A DNA stretch of 64,000 nt. Origin: an uncultured virus (IMG/VR IMGVR_UViG_3300042397_001885) (Duplodnaviria > Heunggongvirae > Uroviricota > Caudoviricetes). Positions 1-10,100 of the stretch are shown in pieces. A program made the position numbers and the translations under genes. The first letter of the stretch is position 1, and the number at the start of each line of letters is the position of its first letter. The notes beneath the pieces are model-generated. The model ran no database searches and was not told the DNA's origin. It was given only the letters and a program-made list of their open reading frames with translations. The stretch lies in the IMG/VR virus record IMGVR_UViG_3300042397_001885, one strand, 5' to 3'.

Positions 1-109
1 CTATTGCTGATAGCCCAATTTCAGAAGCACGTTTTGCATACTCTTCTGGAGTTGCAACCCCATCCATTAAGGAGTAGTGGGTATGAACGTGTAGTGGAAC
101 GTAAGTCAT
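1..109 (-). CDS. dnaE: DNA polymerase III alpha subunit (DnaE-like), N-terminal fragment running off the window edge
   Basis: Manual translation from ATG at 109: MTYVPLHVHTHYSLMDGVATPEEYAKRASEIGLSAI, the PHP-domain HxHxxYSxxDG start of DnaE; absent from the ORF track because truncated. Confidence 0.93.
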   Translation of the reverse strand, partial: MTYVPLHVHTHYSLMDGVATPEEYAKRASEIGLSAI

Positions 110-130
110 TTTAACCTTTCAGTTGTATAG

Positions 131-155
131 GGTGGGGGAGTACTTCTCCCCCACC
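131..155. terminator. GC-rich hairpin between SSB and dnaE
   Basis: GGTGGGGGAG-TACTT-CTCCCCCACC, perfect 10-bp stem just after the SSB stop; no clear U-tract. Confidence 0.55.
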
Positions 156-159
156 ACAA

Positions 160-810
160 TTACCAATCTACAGAAGTAGATACAGATGGATTGTCAAAGC
201 CAAGATAGAAAGACTCTTGCTCAGCGTAAGGAACTTCCTTTACAACTACTTCAAGGTCTGGGATCTCGTACTTAGACCAATCAAACTTTTCCTCATCCTG
301 CTTAATTGGAATTAGAATATAGGTTGTCTCAGTTCCCTTACCATTTCGCTTTAGCTTCCATGTCATACTTGAAAGACTTTGCGAATCTTGAACATACTCA
401 CGAATTGTATCAAAGGTTGCAGACTTTGCAACACCCATGCTCCATACAGCAACATATGGATCATTTACACCATCATCAACTAAAACATTGATGTAGAAAC
501 GTAGACGAGATCTCCAGCCAGCCTTCATATCTTTTCTGTGCATTTCACAACCAAAGCAACGACCTTCGCTTTCAGCAGAACAAGCTGCCTTACGCTTATA
601 ATCTTTTGGATTTGTGTGCTCAGAAACGACAATGGCAAGACCATTCTTTTCGTCATAGCTTGGTGAATCTCCATCAAGTTCATTTACAAAACGAACGGAT
701 ACACTCTGATTATCTTCTAGTTTAAGCCACGTTACTCGTGGACCATTATTTTCAAATTTTGGCTTATCTAGCATTGCTTCGATATTTTTTAGCCCTTTTA
801 CAATTGCCAT
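160..810 (-). CDS. single-stranded DNA-binding protein (gp32-like)
   Basis: Zn-type C..C..GC cluster, KRNGKGTETTY motif, acidic tail ending DW; lies between primase and DnaE. Confidence 0.75.
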   Translation of the reverse strand: MAIVKGLKNIEAMLDKPKFENNGPRVTWLKLEDNQSVSVRFVNELDGDSPSYDEKNGLAIVVSEHTNPKDYKRKAACSAESEGRCFGCEMHRKDMKAGWRSRLRFYINVLVDDGVNDPYVAVWSMGVAKSATFDTIREYVQDSQSLSSMTWKLKRNGKGTETTYILIPIKQDEEKFDWSKYEIPDLEVVVKEVPYAEQESFYLGFDNPSVSTSVDW

Positions 811-850
811 TTTTTCTCCTAATATTTTGTCCTATACATGGACAGTTGTT

Positions 851-1804
851 CTATTGTAACACATTAGCCACAAGATCGTCAAATTGTGACACAAACTTTT
901 TTAATTCTTCATCTGATAATTCTGATACATCTTTTACTGATTCTGGCAGGATTGCATTTATTGCACTTGACCCAAGAATGTTTGATAGCTTTTTAGCCAT
1001 CTCTCTTCCAGCATCATCGTTATCTCCTAAAATAATTACATTATTAAAATATTGTTTCAGTAGTTCTCTTTGTTTTCCTGAAACAGAAGCACCTAGAGTT
1101 GCTACAGCGTGTGCTCCCACTTGCTCTAAACGTATTGCATCAAATGATGACTCTACAACGAATACCTTGTCAAATCTTTTTGCTCTAAATAAATTAAACA
1201 TTGTCTTTGCTTTTGGAAGTCCTGGAGTATTCTTAAACTCTTTGCCCTCTACAGACCTGCCAACAAATCCTAAACACATTCCATCTGGCGAATGTACTGG
1301 TATTGTAACCATGTCTTGAGACTCAGAGTATCCAAGCAGATACCTTTCAACACTATCTTTTGTAATTCCTCTACCAAGGTAGTAGGATGCAGCTCTTTGT
1401 GAATTGAGTGCAGAAGTGTTTAATCTTTTAATTAATTCATTATCAAATTCAACAAAGTCTGGTTTCTTATTAAGCTTTGCCTCAATGCTTTCAACAAAAT
1501 TAACATTCTCTGACTTAGAATCAATCATCCTTGCAGATTCAAAATATGATCTTTTAGTTACATGCATTATTACTTCAATAAGAGAATGAGATTCTTGACA
1601 TCCAAAGCAATAGAATAATCCGCTTTCTTTTGAAATTTCTGCAGCAGGTGATCTATAATTATTATGATATGGACAAAAGATTATAAAGTCAGATTCTACT
1701 TCATAGACTACATCAATACCTGCAGTTAGCAGACTTCTTCTGACTTGATCTTCTGAGTAGAAGTAGCCATTACTGGCTTGTTTTTGTCTATCCCTGATAT
1801 ACAC
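851..1804 (-). CDS. DNA primase (CHC2 zinc finger + TOPRIM)
   Basis: CPYH...FYCFGC zinc finger, VFVVESSFDA and GDNDDAG TOPRIM motifs, KDVSE. Confidence 0.93.
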   Translation of the reverse strand: MYIRDRQKQASNGYFYSEDQVRRSLLTAGIDVVYEVESDFIIFCPYHNNYRSPAAEISKESGLFYCFGCQESHSLIEVIMHVTKRSYFESARMIDSKSENVNFVESIEAKLNKKPDFVEFDNELIKRLNTSALNSQRAASYYLGRGITKDSVERYLLGYSESQDMVTIPVHSPDGMCLGFVGRSVEGKEFKNTPGLPKAKTMFNLFRAKRFDKVFVVESSFDAIRLEQVGAHAVATLGASVSGKQRELLKQYFNNVIILGDNDDAGREMAKKLSNILGSSAINAILPESVKDVSELSDEELKKFVSQFDDLVANVLQ

Positions 1805-2037
1805 TCTGCTGTTCTCTTTCCTACATATACGCCGTATATTGATATTTCAAAATTAAATGTCTTACCATTATAACTAATTGTAAAGTCTGTGTCAATATCA
1901 TATCTTGGAACATACCCATCAGATCTCATTCCAGCGACAATCATGCTGTAGTACTGTTCTTTAAGTCTTATGATGTGGGAATCATCATAAATTTCACCAT
2001 CTAGGCTAAATCTTTTTATTGACTTGTGAGCGTACAT
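1726..2037 (-). CDS. hypothetical protein
   Basis: 103-aa ORF in operon orientation with TGATATAAT 7 nt upstream of the ATG. Confidence 0.7.
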   Translation of the reverse strand: MYAHKSIKRFSLDGEIYDDSHIIRLKEQYYSMIVAGMRSDGYVPRYDIDTDFTISYNGKTFNFEISIYGVYVGKRTAECISGIDKNKPVMATSTQKIKSEEVC

Positions 2038-2069
2038 ACCATCAATTATATCAATGGAATTAACCAGTT

Positions 2070-3284
2070 TTATTCAAAATCCTTATAAATAAAGCGACCT
2101 GAGTCAAAGTCAATATCTACCATAAATTCTCCACAAAATCCGTGACGATTTTTTCTAAAGATACATTCAAGAATTGTACTTCCAGTCGCACGACCCAAAG
2201 CCAAAACCCAGTCAGCATCATATGCTAGCTGCTTTGACCAGGCTACTTGACCAAGTGAGGGGACACTATTCATGTCTGTAGCATCATCAGGGGTAGCGGA
2301 GGCAATTGCAACTATTGGAACTTGAGAAGAAATTGCAAGAACTTTTAATTCTCTAGAAATATTTTTAATTTTTACAACTTCGTTATCATTTCCTTGATTT
2401 GAATTCATCAACTGAATATAGTCAACAAATACAACATCTGGTGAGTACTGGTCTATCTTTCCTCTAATAACAGAAGGAGATACATCTGCAAGACCATCAT
2501 TAGAAATGATATAGAATGGTGGTCTATCTTTTAAATTTTGCTTAGCCCAATTTTCAAAGCCTTCAATATCAATCATACCTGCACTTAATTTTCTATGTGA
2601 GAAATATCCTTCAGCCATAATTGTGTAGACACGATTTCTAACTTCCTTCTCTGTCATTTCAAGAGAAACTATTAACGGTTTCTTGCCAGCTTTCCACGCT
2701 TGTACAGCCATAAAAATAGCGAGCCAAGACTTACCAATGGCAGGGTAAGCAAGAAGAATGCCAAATTGACCAGGAGCAATGCCACCAGGTAGATAGTTAT
2801 CAAAACCTGCCAAGTTCGTTCTAACGCCGTGTATACCTTTTTCACTTAACTCCTTAATGTTTATAAAGTGTGCAGAAGCATCTTCTACATCTGTTGCATC
2901 AATATCTCTTACATCAGAACTAATTCTCTTAAGATCTGATGTTTTTGAAATTATCGAATTAAGAGCTTCAATTGGTTGATGATCGTTTAATTGCTTTGCA
3001 CTAGTCATCAATGCATTTCTTAAATGGTCTTCAAGAAATTGAGTTCTTAACTCTTCTAGATGATGCTTTGTTGTACCAATTTCCCCTACTGGCTGAAAGT
3101 CTCTAAACTTTTCTACCAATAAAGACTGTGTTGGAACGGTAGAATTTTGCTCATAATAATTTTTTACAAAATCCCAAACATCTTTATGTGTTCTAAATAG
3201 GGTATCTGGATTTGCTTGAAAAAGCACATGAATCTGTTTATCATTTAAAACTGCAGATAGTACTTTTGCTTCTAAATCAGACAT
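2070..3284 (-). CDS. DnaB-like replicative helicase
   Basis: Walker A AYPAIGKS, SLEM, VFVDYIQLM, ISRELKVLA, YDADWVL, KNRHG. Confidence 0.95.
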   Translation of the reverse strand: MSDLEAKVLSAVLNDKQIHVLFQANPDTLFRTHKDVWDFVKNYYEQNSTVPTQSLLVEKFRDFQPVGEIGTTKHHLEELRTQFLEDHLRNALMTSAKQLNDHQPIEALNSIISKTSDLKRISSDVRDIDATDVEDASAHFINIKELSEKGIHGVRTNLAGFDNYLPGGIAPGQFGILLAYPAIGKSWLAIFMAVQAWKAGKKPLIVSLEMTEKEVRNRVYTIMAEGYFSHRKLSAGMIDIEGFENWAKQNLKDRPPFYIISNDGLADVSPSVIRGKIDQYSPDVVFVDYIQLMNSNQGNDNEVVKIKNISRELKVLAISSQVPIVAIASATPDDATDMNSVPSLGQVAWSKQLAYDADWVLALGRATGSTILECIFRKNRHGFCGEFMVDIDFDSGRFIYKDFE

Positions 3285-3592
3285 TACCTATTTAGCCATT
3301 CCTTTGCTTGTTCTCTGAGTAACTTTCTAGCTACGTCATCTTCTTCTTTAATTCTTTTTGCATCGTATACTTTGTCAGCATTATTAACCAACCACTTCCA
3401 AGTGGGTGATGCAGAAACGCCAACATAGTAATCAATTAGATCATAACTTTGCTCTATACCATATGATTCAATCAACGAGTCTGCAGCCCATTGCTGAATG
3501 TGGATATTTATATTTTCTTCTTTTAAGTTTTTTTCTTTTGTTAATTTCTTATATCTAGATATTAGTGCAAAGCGATCTTTCTTATCCGCCAC
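3284..3592 (-). CDS. hypothetical protein (possible helicase accessory)
   Basis: Stop overlaps the helicase start; coupled gene. Confidence 0.7.
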   Translation of the reverse strand: MADKKDRFALISRYKKLTKEKNLKEENINIHIQQWAADSLIESYGIEQSYDLIDYYVGVSASPTWKWLVNNADKVYDAKRIKEEDDVARKLLREQAKEWLNR

Positions 3593-3795
3593 TAGTCCTC
3601 TAGTTCTTTCTTAGCTTCTTCAACCTTTTGAATTACTTTATTTTCCACAAACTCATACACTCTATCAAGAGCCTGATCTGTATTTTCTCCACTACGAACA
3701 AAATCTGTAATTCCAATATCAATTCTTAGACTTTGAAAATTTCCAAGATTAAGTGTATATCCTAGTGTTACTGAAACATTTGTTGTTTCTGACAT
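3592..3795 (-). CDS. hypothetical phage protein
   Basis: VTLGYTLNLGNFQSLRID motif, GGAG RBS, coupled to next gene. Confidence 0.75.
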   Translation of the reverse strand: MSETTNVSVTLGYTLNLGNFQSLRIDIGITDFVRSGENTDQALDRVYEFVENKVIQKVEEAKKELED

Positions 3796-3804
3796 TTTGG
3801 TCTC

Positions 3805-4317
3805 CTACCATGTCTCTTCTTGCCAAGTCGGAATGAAACGCCCATCCGATGTCTTCGTATAAAGCATTATAGCATCTCCCATTCTGGAACGCAAGTCTTG
3901 CTCTGTTAGTACGTTTCTAGGGGTAATCCTACCATCTTTTCTAGGTCTACCACCATGAACTGTTGTCATAATTTCTCTAATTTCAAACACATGGTCTTCA
4001 GAATAATAAGCATTAATTTGAAAACCTCTTTCTCCACCAATACTATCACCTATAGGTTCAGGAATCAAGCCATTAGCAATAATTCTTTGAAACTGAACTC
4101 TTGATCTATTTAAAAGTCTTGCAGTATTTGCTATCGTGTAAGCCCTTTTTCTATGTTTCTTAAAATCAGAATATAGCATACTTTGTTCCTTATCCTGAGT
4201 TACATTAAAAAAGTTTACAATATTGCTACTTTTATTAATATGAAATACTTTTATTAGATCCCCATTTAAAAAGAATATTTTTTTACAAGGATTTATTTTA
4301 TCCTGTGGCTGTGACAT
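3805..4317 (-). CDS. helix-turn-helix DNA-binding protein
   Basis: AYTIANTARLLNRSRVQFQRIIANGLIPEP (MerR/excisionase-like HTH) plus a GRPRK AT-hook-like motif. Confidence 0.7.
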   Translation of the reverse strand: MSQPQDKINPCKKIFFLNGDLIKVFHINKSSNIVNFFNVTQDKEQSMLYSDFKKHRKRAYTIANTARLLNRSRVQFQRIIANGLIPEPIGDSIGGERGFQINAYYSEDHVFEIREIMTTVHGGRPRKDGRITPRNVLTEQDLRSRMGDAIMLYTKTSDGRFIPTWQEETW

Positions 4318-4326
4318 TTTATCTGC

Positions 4327-4761
4327 CTAAGAACTAATTCTTTCACCAATTACCAAGATGGAAACATCTGCAGAAAAAGCACCACTTGTTGAAGATGAGA
4401 AAACATTTACCTGGCAAGAGTTTTGTGTAACTCCACTCAAAACTGCATAAAGATTGGAAACACCAAGTACAGAGGTTACTGAACAAATAACGATTGGAGT
4501 GGTTCTAAATATTCCAGAGTAGTCAAATGAGGCTGGAGCATTTGGCTGAACAGACAGGTTAGCATCAATAATTTTTTGTGTTTCTGCATAAAAAGTTAAG
4601 CTTGATGTTGGTACGAGAGATGGAGTAGCCGTATCTCTGTACTTAATTTTTGAAATAGTTCTGCCAATTAATGAAGAAACATTGTTTATTTCATTAACTA
4701 TTCTATATAGATAAGATATGTCAAGTGGTTGACCTCTATCTGGTGTTTCAATTTGTGCCAT
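4327..4761 (-). CDS. minor tail protein (short, H-lectin/gp53-like C-terminus)
   Basis: PDRGQPLD N-terminus; F..TPIV.S.T...V..LVIG pattern; end of the tail module. Confidence 0.55.
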   Translation of the reverse strand: MAQIETPDRGQPLDISYLYRIVNEINNVSSLIGRTISKIKYRDTATPSLVPTSSLTFYAETQKIIDANLSVQPNAPASFDYSGIFRTTPIVICSVTSVLGVSNLYAVLSGVTQNSCQVNVFSSSTSGAFSADVSILVIGERISS

Positions 4762-4783
4762 TTTTTTCTCCTACTTAATTATA

Positions 4784-5398
4784 TCAGCTTAGTGACTGAA
4801 CTCCTGTATCAAAAACTTTAAACAAATCATAGACTCCTTGAGTTGATCCAGATATTCCAAGATACTCGTCAAGTCTTTCTTGATAACTAGCAGATGCTTC
4901 AAAGGTGTATGGCTGAGGTATATCTTTTAAAGCAACTACGCCAAAAACTCTTACAGAAGCAGACTCGTTTGGAATAACAATGCTAGTAGTATCAGCAGAA
5001 ACTCTGTCGTGATATTGAAAATTACCCATTGCTGATCCTCCCCACTGAACAAAAACATCTGTATCGTGCTGTTTATAGTTTTGAGAATGATTGTGAACAA
5101 CAACTGATGCAGAATTTACAAGAACGCTTTCGTCTTCCTGTATTACAACTGCATCTGAAGTTCCATCGTAATTATATATAGTTGGAGTATCCCAAGTTAA
5201 AGTAACTTCATCATCAGAAATAATTGCAACAATATCTGACTCTAAAGGTCTATATTGCCCAATACTTTTAAGAATATAAAGTTGAGACCAAGCTGACCAC
5301 TGGTTTTTATCTACAGATATTACTCTAAATTGAATTGCATGGTCTCCATTCTTATCTGGAGGAGGCAATTTTTCTACAGGAATTCTTATTTCTGCCAC
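4784..5398 (-). CDS. minor tail protein (FN3-like beta domains)
   Basis: FRVISVDKNQWSAWS and VTLTWD FN3-like motifs; tail module. Confidence 0.55.
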   Translation of the reverse strand: MAEIRIPVEKLPPPDKNGDHAIQFRVISVDKNQWSAWSQLYILKSIGQYRPLESDIVAIISDDEVTLTWDTPTIYNYDGTSDAVVIQEDESVLVNSASVVVHNHSQNYKQHDTDVFVQWGGSAMGNFQYHDRVSADTTSIVIPNESASVRVFGVVALKDIPQPYTFEASASYQERLDEYLGISGSTQGVYDLFKVFDTGVQSLS

Positions 5399-6564
5399 TA
5401 GGAAACTCCTATGCCAAACCTATACTCTATATAACTTATAGAGTTTTCTTTCTTTAAAACTGGATTTTGATCCAATGTTTTGATATATTCAGCAGCTACC
5501 AAGGAGTAAAGGGGGTTGTAACTAGAAGTATTTTCAAATCTTATACCGTCATATAAAACGTAGTGTTCTCCAGTTTCAATATTTTCATCATCATGAATAC
5601 ATGTATATATTCTTATACCAGTTATTGATGACCATGAGAAATTTTCAGTAGTAGTAAATTCGGAAAGATTTTTTGTAACAACTTGATATCTCATTTCTCT
5701 ATCTTCATCAAGAGCTTTTAAATCTTCATCTGTTAGCACAATATTTACATAAGACTTTGCTATAGAAGGTCCTAAGTTATTTAAAAATTCTAATCTAATT
5801 TTAACATTGCTTGGAGGAAGAGCTTCTACCTCTTCTCTTGCAATGCTTACTACTGAAAATGCTAATTTTATTTTATCAGTAGGAAGATTTTTTCCCAAGT
5901 TTAAGTTAATGGAATTGTTTTCAATATAATAAGAAGTACTGCTAGAAACGTTTATTAAAGAAGCTGATCCTGAAGTTCCTGTAACAGTAGAGGTGTCTCC
6001 AGAAACCATCATACTTCTATTCAGATATCTTGGCTGCTCTCCTCTATTAATTCTATCTGAGTATTCAAATATTGAAGAGTTGCTATTTATAAAAACAAAG
6101 TCATCCCAGGACTCATTAGAAACATTTATGTCTCCAATATTTACTGGATCAATGGGAACTGGTCCAATGTAAAGAATAGTTCCAGAGTCATTAACACTAT
6201 TAGAGTATGTCCATGGCTCAGTGTTGTTAAAAGTTGAAATAATTCTACTGTCAAAATTTCCTGCCACAGCATTTTTAGCTGCTGGATATAATCCAATTTC
6301 AGTAATTTGATATCTTTGCTCAATAGGAAGCTCTGCTTTAAAAACAATTTTTTCTTGTCCATCTTCTCTTAAGAGACCTTTTGACAAAATTGGAACTCTT
6401 GCAACCTCAAATTCTAAAGACTCTGCAGTTGGAGAGAAAGTAGTCTCTGTATCTGATGTAGCAATAGCATTTCCACCAACTCCTATCGCAATGTGACTTG
6501 CAAATTCTGGAGCCTGGTTTAAAAGATATTTAGCTACAATATTTTTTCCATCTGTTGTAATCAT
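5398..6564 (-). CDS. minor tail / baseplate protein
   Basis: MITTDGKNIVAKYL...HIAIGVG...ITEIGLY, a tail-fibre-attachment type N-terminus. Confidence 0.7.
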   Translation of the reverse strand: MITTDGKNIVAKYLLNQAPEFASHIAIGVGGNAIATSDTETTFSPTAESLEFEVARVPILSKGLLREDGQEKIVFKAELPIEQRYQITEIGLYPAAKNAVAGNFDSRIISTFNNTEPWTYSNSVNDSGTILYIGPVPIDPVNIGDINVSNESWDDFVFINSNSSIFEYSDRINRGEQPRYLNRSMMVSGDTSTVTGTSGSASLINVSSSTSYYIENNSINLNLGKNLPTDKIKLAFSVVSIAREEVEALPPSNVKIRLEFLNNLGPSIAKSYVNIVLTDEDLKALDEDREMRYQVVTKNLSEFTTTENFSWSSITGIRIYTCIHDDENIETGEHYVLYDGIRFENTSSYNPLYSLVAAEYIKTLDQNPVLKKENSISYIEYRFGIGVS

Positions 6565-7127
6565 GATTCCACCCTATATATTGTACCATTTGTGTCTATT
6601 AAAATTTCTACCTGTTGATTTTTTTCTAGATTTATAAGGTCTATAACAAGATCTCCATTCCTATCAAAGTAATAGTATCCTTTTTCACGAGAAACAACTA
6701 GGTTATTCTCGTCTAAATATTGATACTCTGCATTAAGATCTTGCAAAATTATATAATCTTCTTGAGGAATTTTATCTTGAATATTTATTGTATAAATTCC
6801 TGTCAATGGCTGAAACTTATCCATGATGGTAAGCTGCTTTGTTGCTTCGTACTTTTTTCTTATTTCAGATAGATTAGAAATAATTGAATATCTTTGATTA
6901 ATTCCTTCAATAGTGTCGTGTCTTTCAACTCTTGACAATTCTATAGCTGAAAGATTTTCAAAAAGTACTTGTTGTATATATTCTGCATCATATTGTGGAA
7001 CTAAGGAAGCTATGTCAGTAATATTTCTAGTTGGAGTTTTTACAGCATTTTGACCAGATGTTGAGCTTGTAGTTGTTGGCGAAGGGTTGGCTGACATAGG
7101 GGATGCAGAGTTTACAGAAGTTGACAT
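6561..7127 (-). CDS. minor tail protein
   Basis: Coupled ORF in the tail module. Confidence 0.6.
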   Translation of the reverse strand: MSTSVNSASPMSANPSPTTTSSTSGQNAVKTPTRNITDIASLVPQYDAEYIQQVLFENLSAIELSRVERHDTIEGINQRYSIISNLSEIRKKYEATKQLTIMDKFQPLTGIYTINIQDKIPQEDYIILQDLNAEYQYLDENNLVVSREKGYYYFDRNGDLVIDLINLEKNQQVEILIDTNGTIYRVES

Positions 7128-7129
7128 GT

Positions 7130-10100
7130 TTAAACCTCCATCAACCTTAATTGACTTTGAACATCCGAAGAAGATCTGTTGTATGTAGCAGATATTACTA
7201 CAAACTTCTTGTTCTCATCCACTAGCTTAACTCCTTCTGGTAAGTCAAAATCTATCTTAACGATATCTCCAAGTTGTATATGAGAAGTTCCAAAAGTATC
7301 TATTTCAAAAACCTTTCTTGGTTTAATAGTTTTATCTAGAATCCACTTCATAACATCTTTTGCAGAGTCTTCATTTTGAATATAAACAGAATCTAAAGAA
7401 AATGATTTGTTTCCATAAATAGCCCTACTGTTCTTAATGTTATCATAAATTTTTTCTGACCTTTCTGGAGAAATTATTAAATTATTTTCTGTAATAACTG
7501 GATCAGAGAAGTTCGATAGTTCCTTAAAGTAATCGTCTACAGTAAGGACATTTGATATATTTTGAGTAAAAGTTATTCCTTGAATCATAATTCTATTGGT
7601 AGAATTTTCACTCAAGTCTATTGCCTTGTCTGTTGTATTGAATAATAAAAACTCTGCTCCATATGATCCTGGCAAAAATCCAGAAATTTCATATGATTTT
7701 TCAACAGTAAATGGGGGAACTATTTTTGCAATTAATGCTGGATAAGCTTGGTCATACTTAATATTAAAATATGCACATTCTCTTAAAATTGTGCCAAACT
7801 CTTCAAAATAAAAATCTACAGTTGGTCTTGTCTCTGTTCCAATGGAAGACATGTATGTTCTTTGAATTGCTGCTGGAAGGGAATACTTTCTCAGAGATTC
7901 TGCAGAAAATGCTCCTTCAATTTTTTCAAGCAAAGGGGTGTCGTTTTCTTTTATATTCTTTAGGGCATAAATATTTTCAAACATACATCTGCTTGAACCT
8001 CTAGTAAATAGTCCAGTTTTTAATCCATCAACTGGCATTTGTAATGGAGTTTCGTCACTTACTATTCCAATTAATACATTGTTTAAGTATATGGAAAAAT
8101 CTATTCTTGATATTCTTGATCCATTTCTAGAAATTTGTACATCCAAAGATAGATCGTACACTGGAATTTCTTGAGAAGTTGCCCTGTCAGATCCTATAAA
8201 CTTTCCTTCATCTACAAGAATTCTTGCAAGAGACCCCCAAAGCTTTTTAGGAACTGCAATATTTGTTTTTCCAGTTTTCTGTCTAAGGTATGGTCTATTT
8301 TCAACTTTATAAAAAATTATGTTTTCAATAACTGGTTCATATGATACTGAGCCAGAAGATACTGAGCCAGAAGATACTGAGCCAGAAGATACTGAGCCAC
8401 TATTAGTAAACTCTTTTAAAACATCTGAAGAAAGGGATGCAATTTCAAGGTAGTATCCAGAGTTTGTTATTGGATCTAGCATGTATCCAATTCCTCCAGC
8501 TCCACCAGAAAGCTCTTTTACATTTAATCCTCCTGTGGAACTATTTTGATCAATATCAAATAGTTTTATAGAATTTAAAGCAGACTGAGTATCGTCATCT
8601 TTTTGTTTTCCAATAATTCTCATTCTAGTTCCAACATGAGTATAATCTGTATCTAAACTTTTATAAACATAGTTTACTAAATCTGTTTCAGTAGTAGCAG
8701 ATAGTTCTGTTCTGTTAAATACTGGGTTTGCTAAAGATGGTACTGGATATGGTCCTGAAAAAACTAAAGCTGAGGACTGAATTCCAGCAGTGTCTTGCTG
8801 ACTATAGCTAGAAAATCCTTCTGTTCTTGTTGATTGTTTCATAAAGTTTGCAATTTTTCCATGAACTAGGGATTGGCTTTTAGAAATTGGATCATCTCCA
8901 AGTGGCATGGCGTAGTTGTACCTTGGTGGCTCATCAGAAATTTGAGTCATATTAAATCCTGACATGTATCCAAAAACATTTTGTGTACTAGAATTAGCCC
9001 TTATTATCATTCCAGTAATTACATTTTTTCTATAAGGGCTTAAATTTCTATATACCCCTACCATTTCTGCAGCCCTTACGCTGTATGCTAATGGATCAGT
9101 GTATCCCATTGCTTTGGCAATATAGTGCTGCTCACTTCCTCTTCCATAGGATAGTCTAGGATTTAAAATACCTTGAACAAACTCACTGTCTGTATAAAAT
9201 TCATAAGGTATTATAGTTGTAATTGGCACTTCAAGTTCCAAGTTGGGAAAAAATTTTGCAGGAATAGTGCTATAAATATTTCCTGAGTCCATTCTAAAAG
9301 ACCTTCTATTGTCTGGATCTTCCCAGTAAGGATTTAGTCCTGCAAAGTGATTTACTATTCCAGTACCAAACTGACCTCTACCATGAGACCTAACATCTCC
9401 GTTTTTATATCTAACATTTTCTTCAAGGTTCTCAAAATTTGATCCAGAAGCATTCTCGTAGTAAGGTTCTGTATAGATTCTAAGCAGCCCTGTAAGAGTC
9501 ATTTTTCCATTAAATACCAAGTTTGAAAAATACTTTTGATACTCATTATTACTTGTTATCCAAACAAGACCATTTGTAGCAGAAGCAGACGGGGCATCAA
9601 CGTGATACTGTTGAGCATCATATCTTATAATTTCTCCATTTGCATACAAGTATCCTTGAAACCTTGGTAGCCAAAACGCACTTTCTCCAACATCAATTGT
9701 GTTGTTTACAATTTGATGATTTCTTACATACGGAGCAAAGTCTGGTAAGCTTGTATTTAAAGTTACAGCTCCAAGTGCATACCCTGTATTAGCGGTTGGC
9801 TGATTTATAGTTCTTAATTCTTTTTGATCTCCAAGCTCCCAAAGGATAGAGCTCTTATATCCATAGGTTCTTTCACTTAGGCTAAGACTTGCTTGCTCTA
9901 GTCTTGAAACTTCTCTTTGAATATATCTAGTAGTGTAGTTAATTTGACCATCGTTTAAAATGTTTGTTTCAAATCCTGCAATAGCCTCAATATTTGGAAC
10001 AAAGTTATCAGTTTTTTGACCATATAAGTTTGTGAGTCTTTCTGATATTGCTAAATTATTATCTCTAATAGAGATGTCTGGCATCAAATATTCTTTTGGC

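Noticed and set aside
738..1319. 193-aa plus-strand ORF and the many similar short plus-strand ORFs inside minus-strand genes
   Set aside because: They overlap well-supported genes on the opposite strand and have shadow-frame composition
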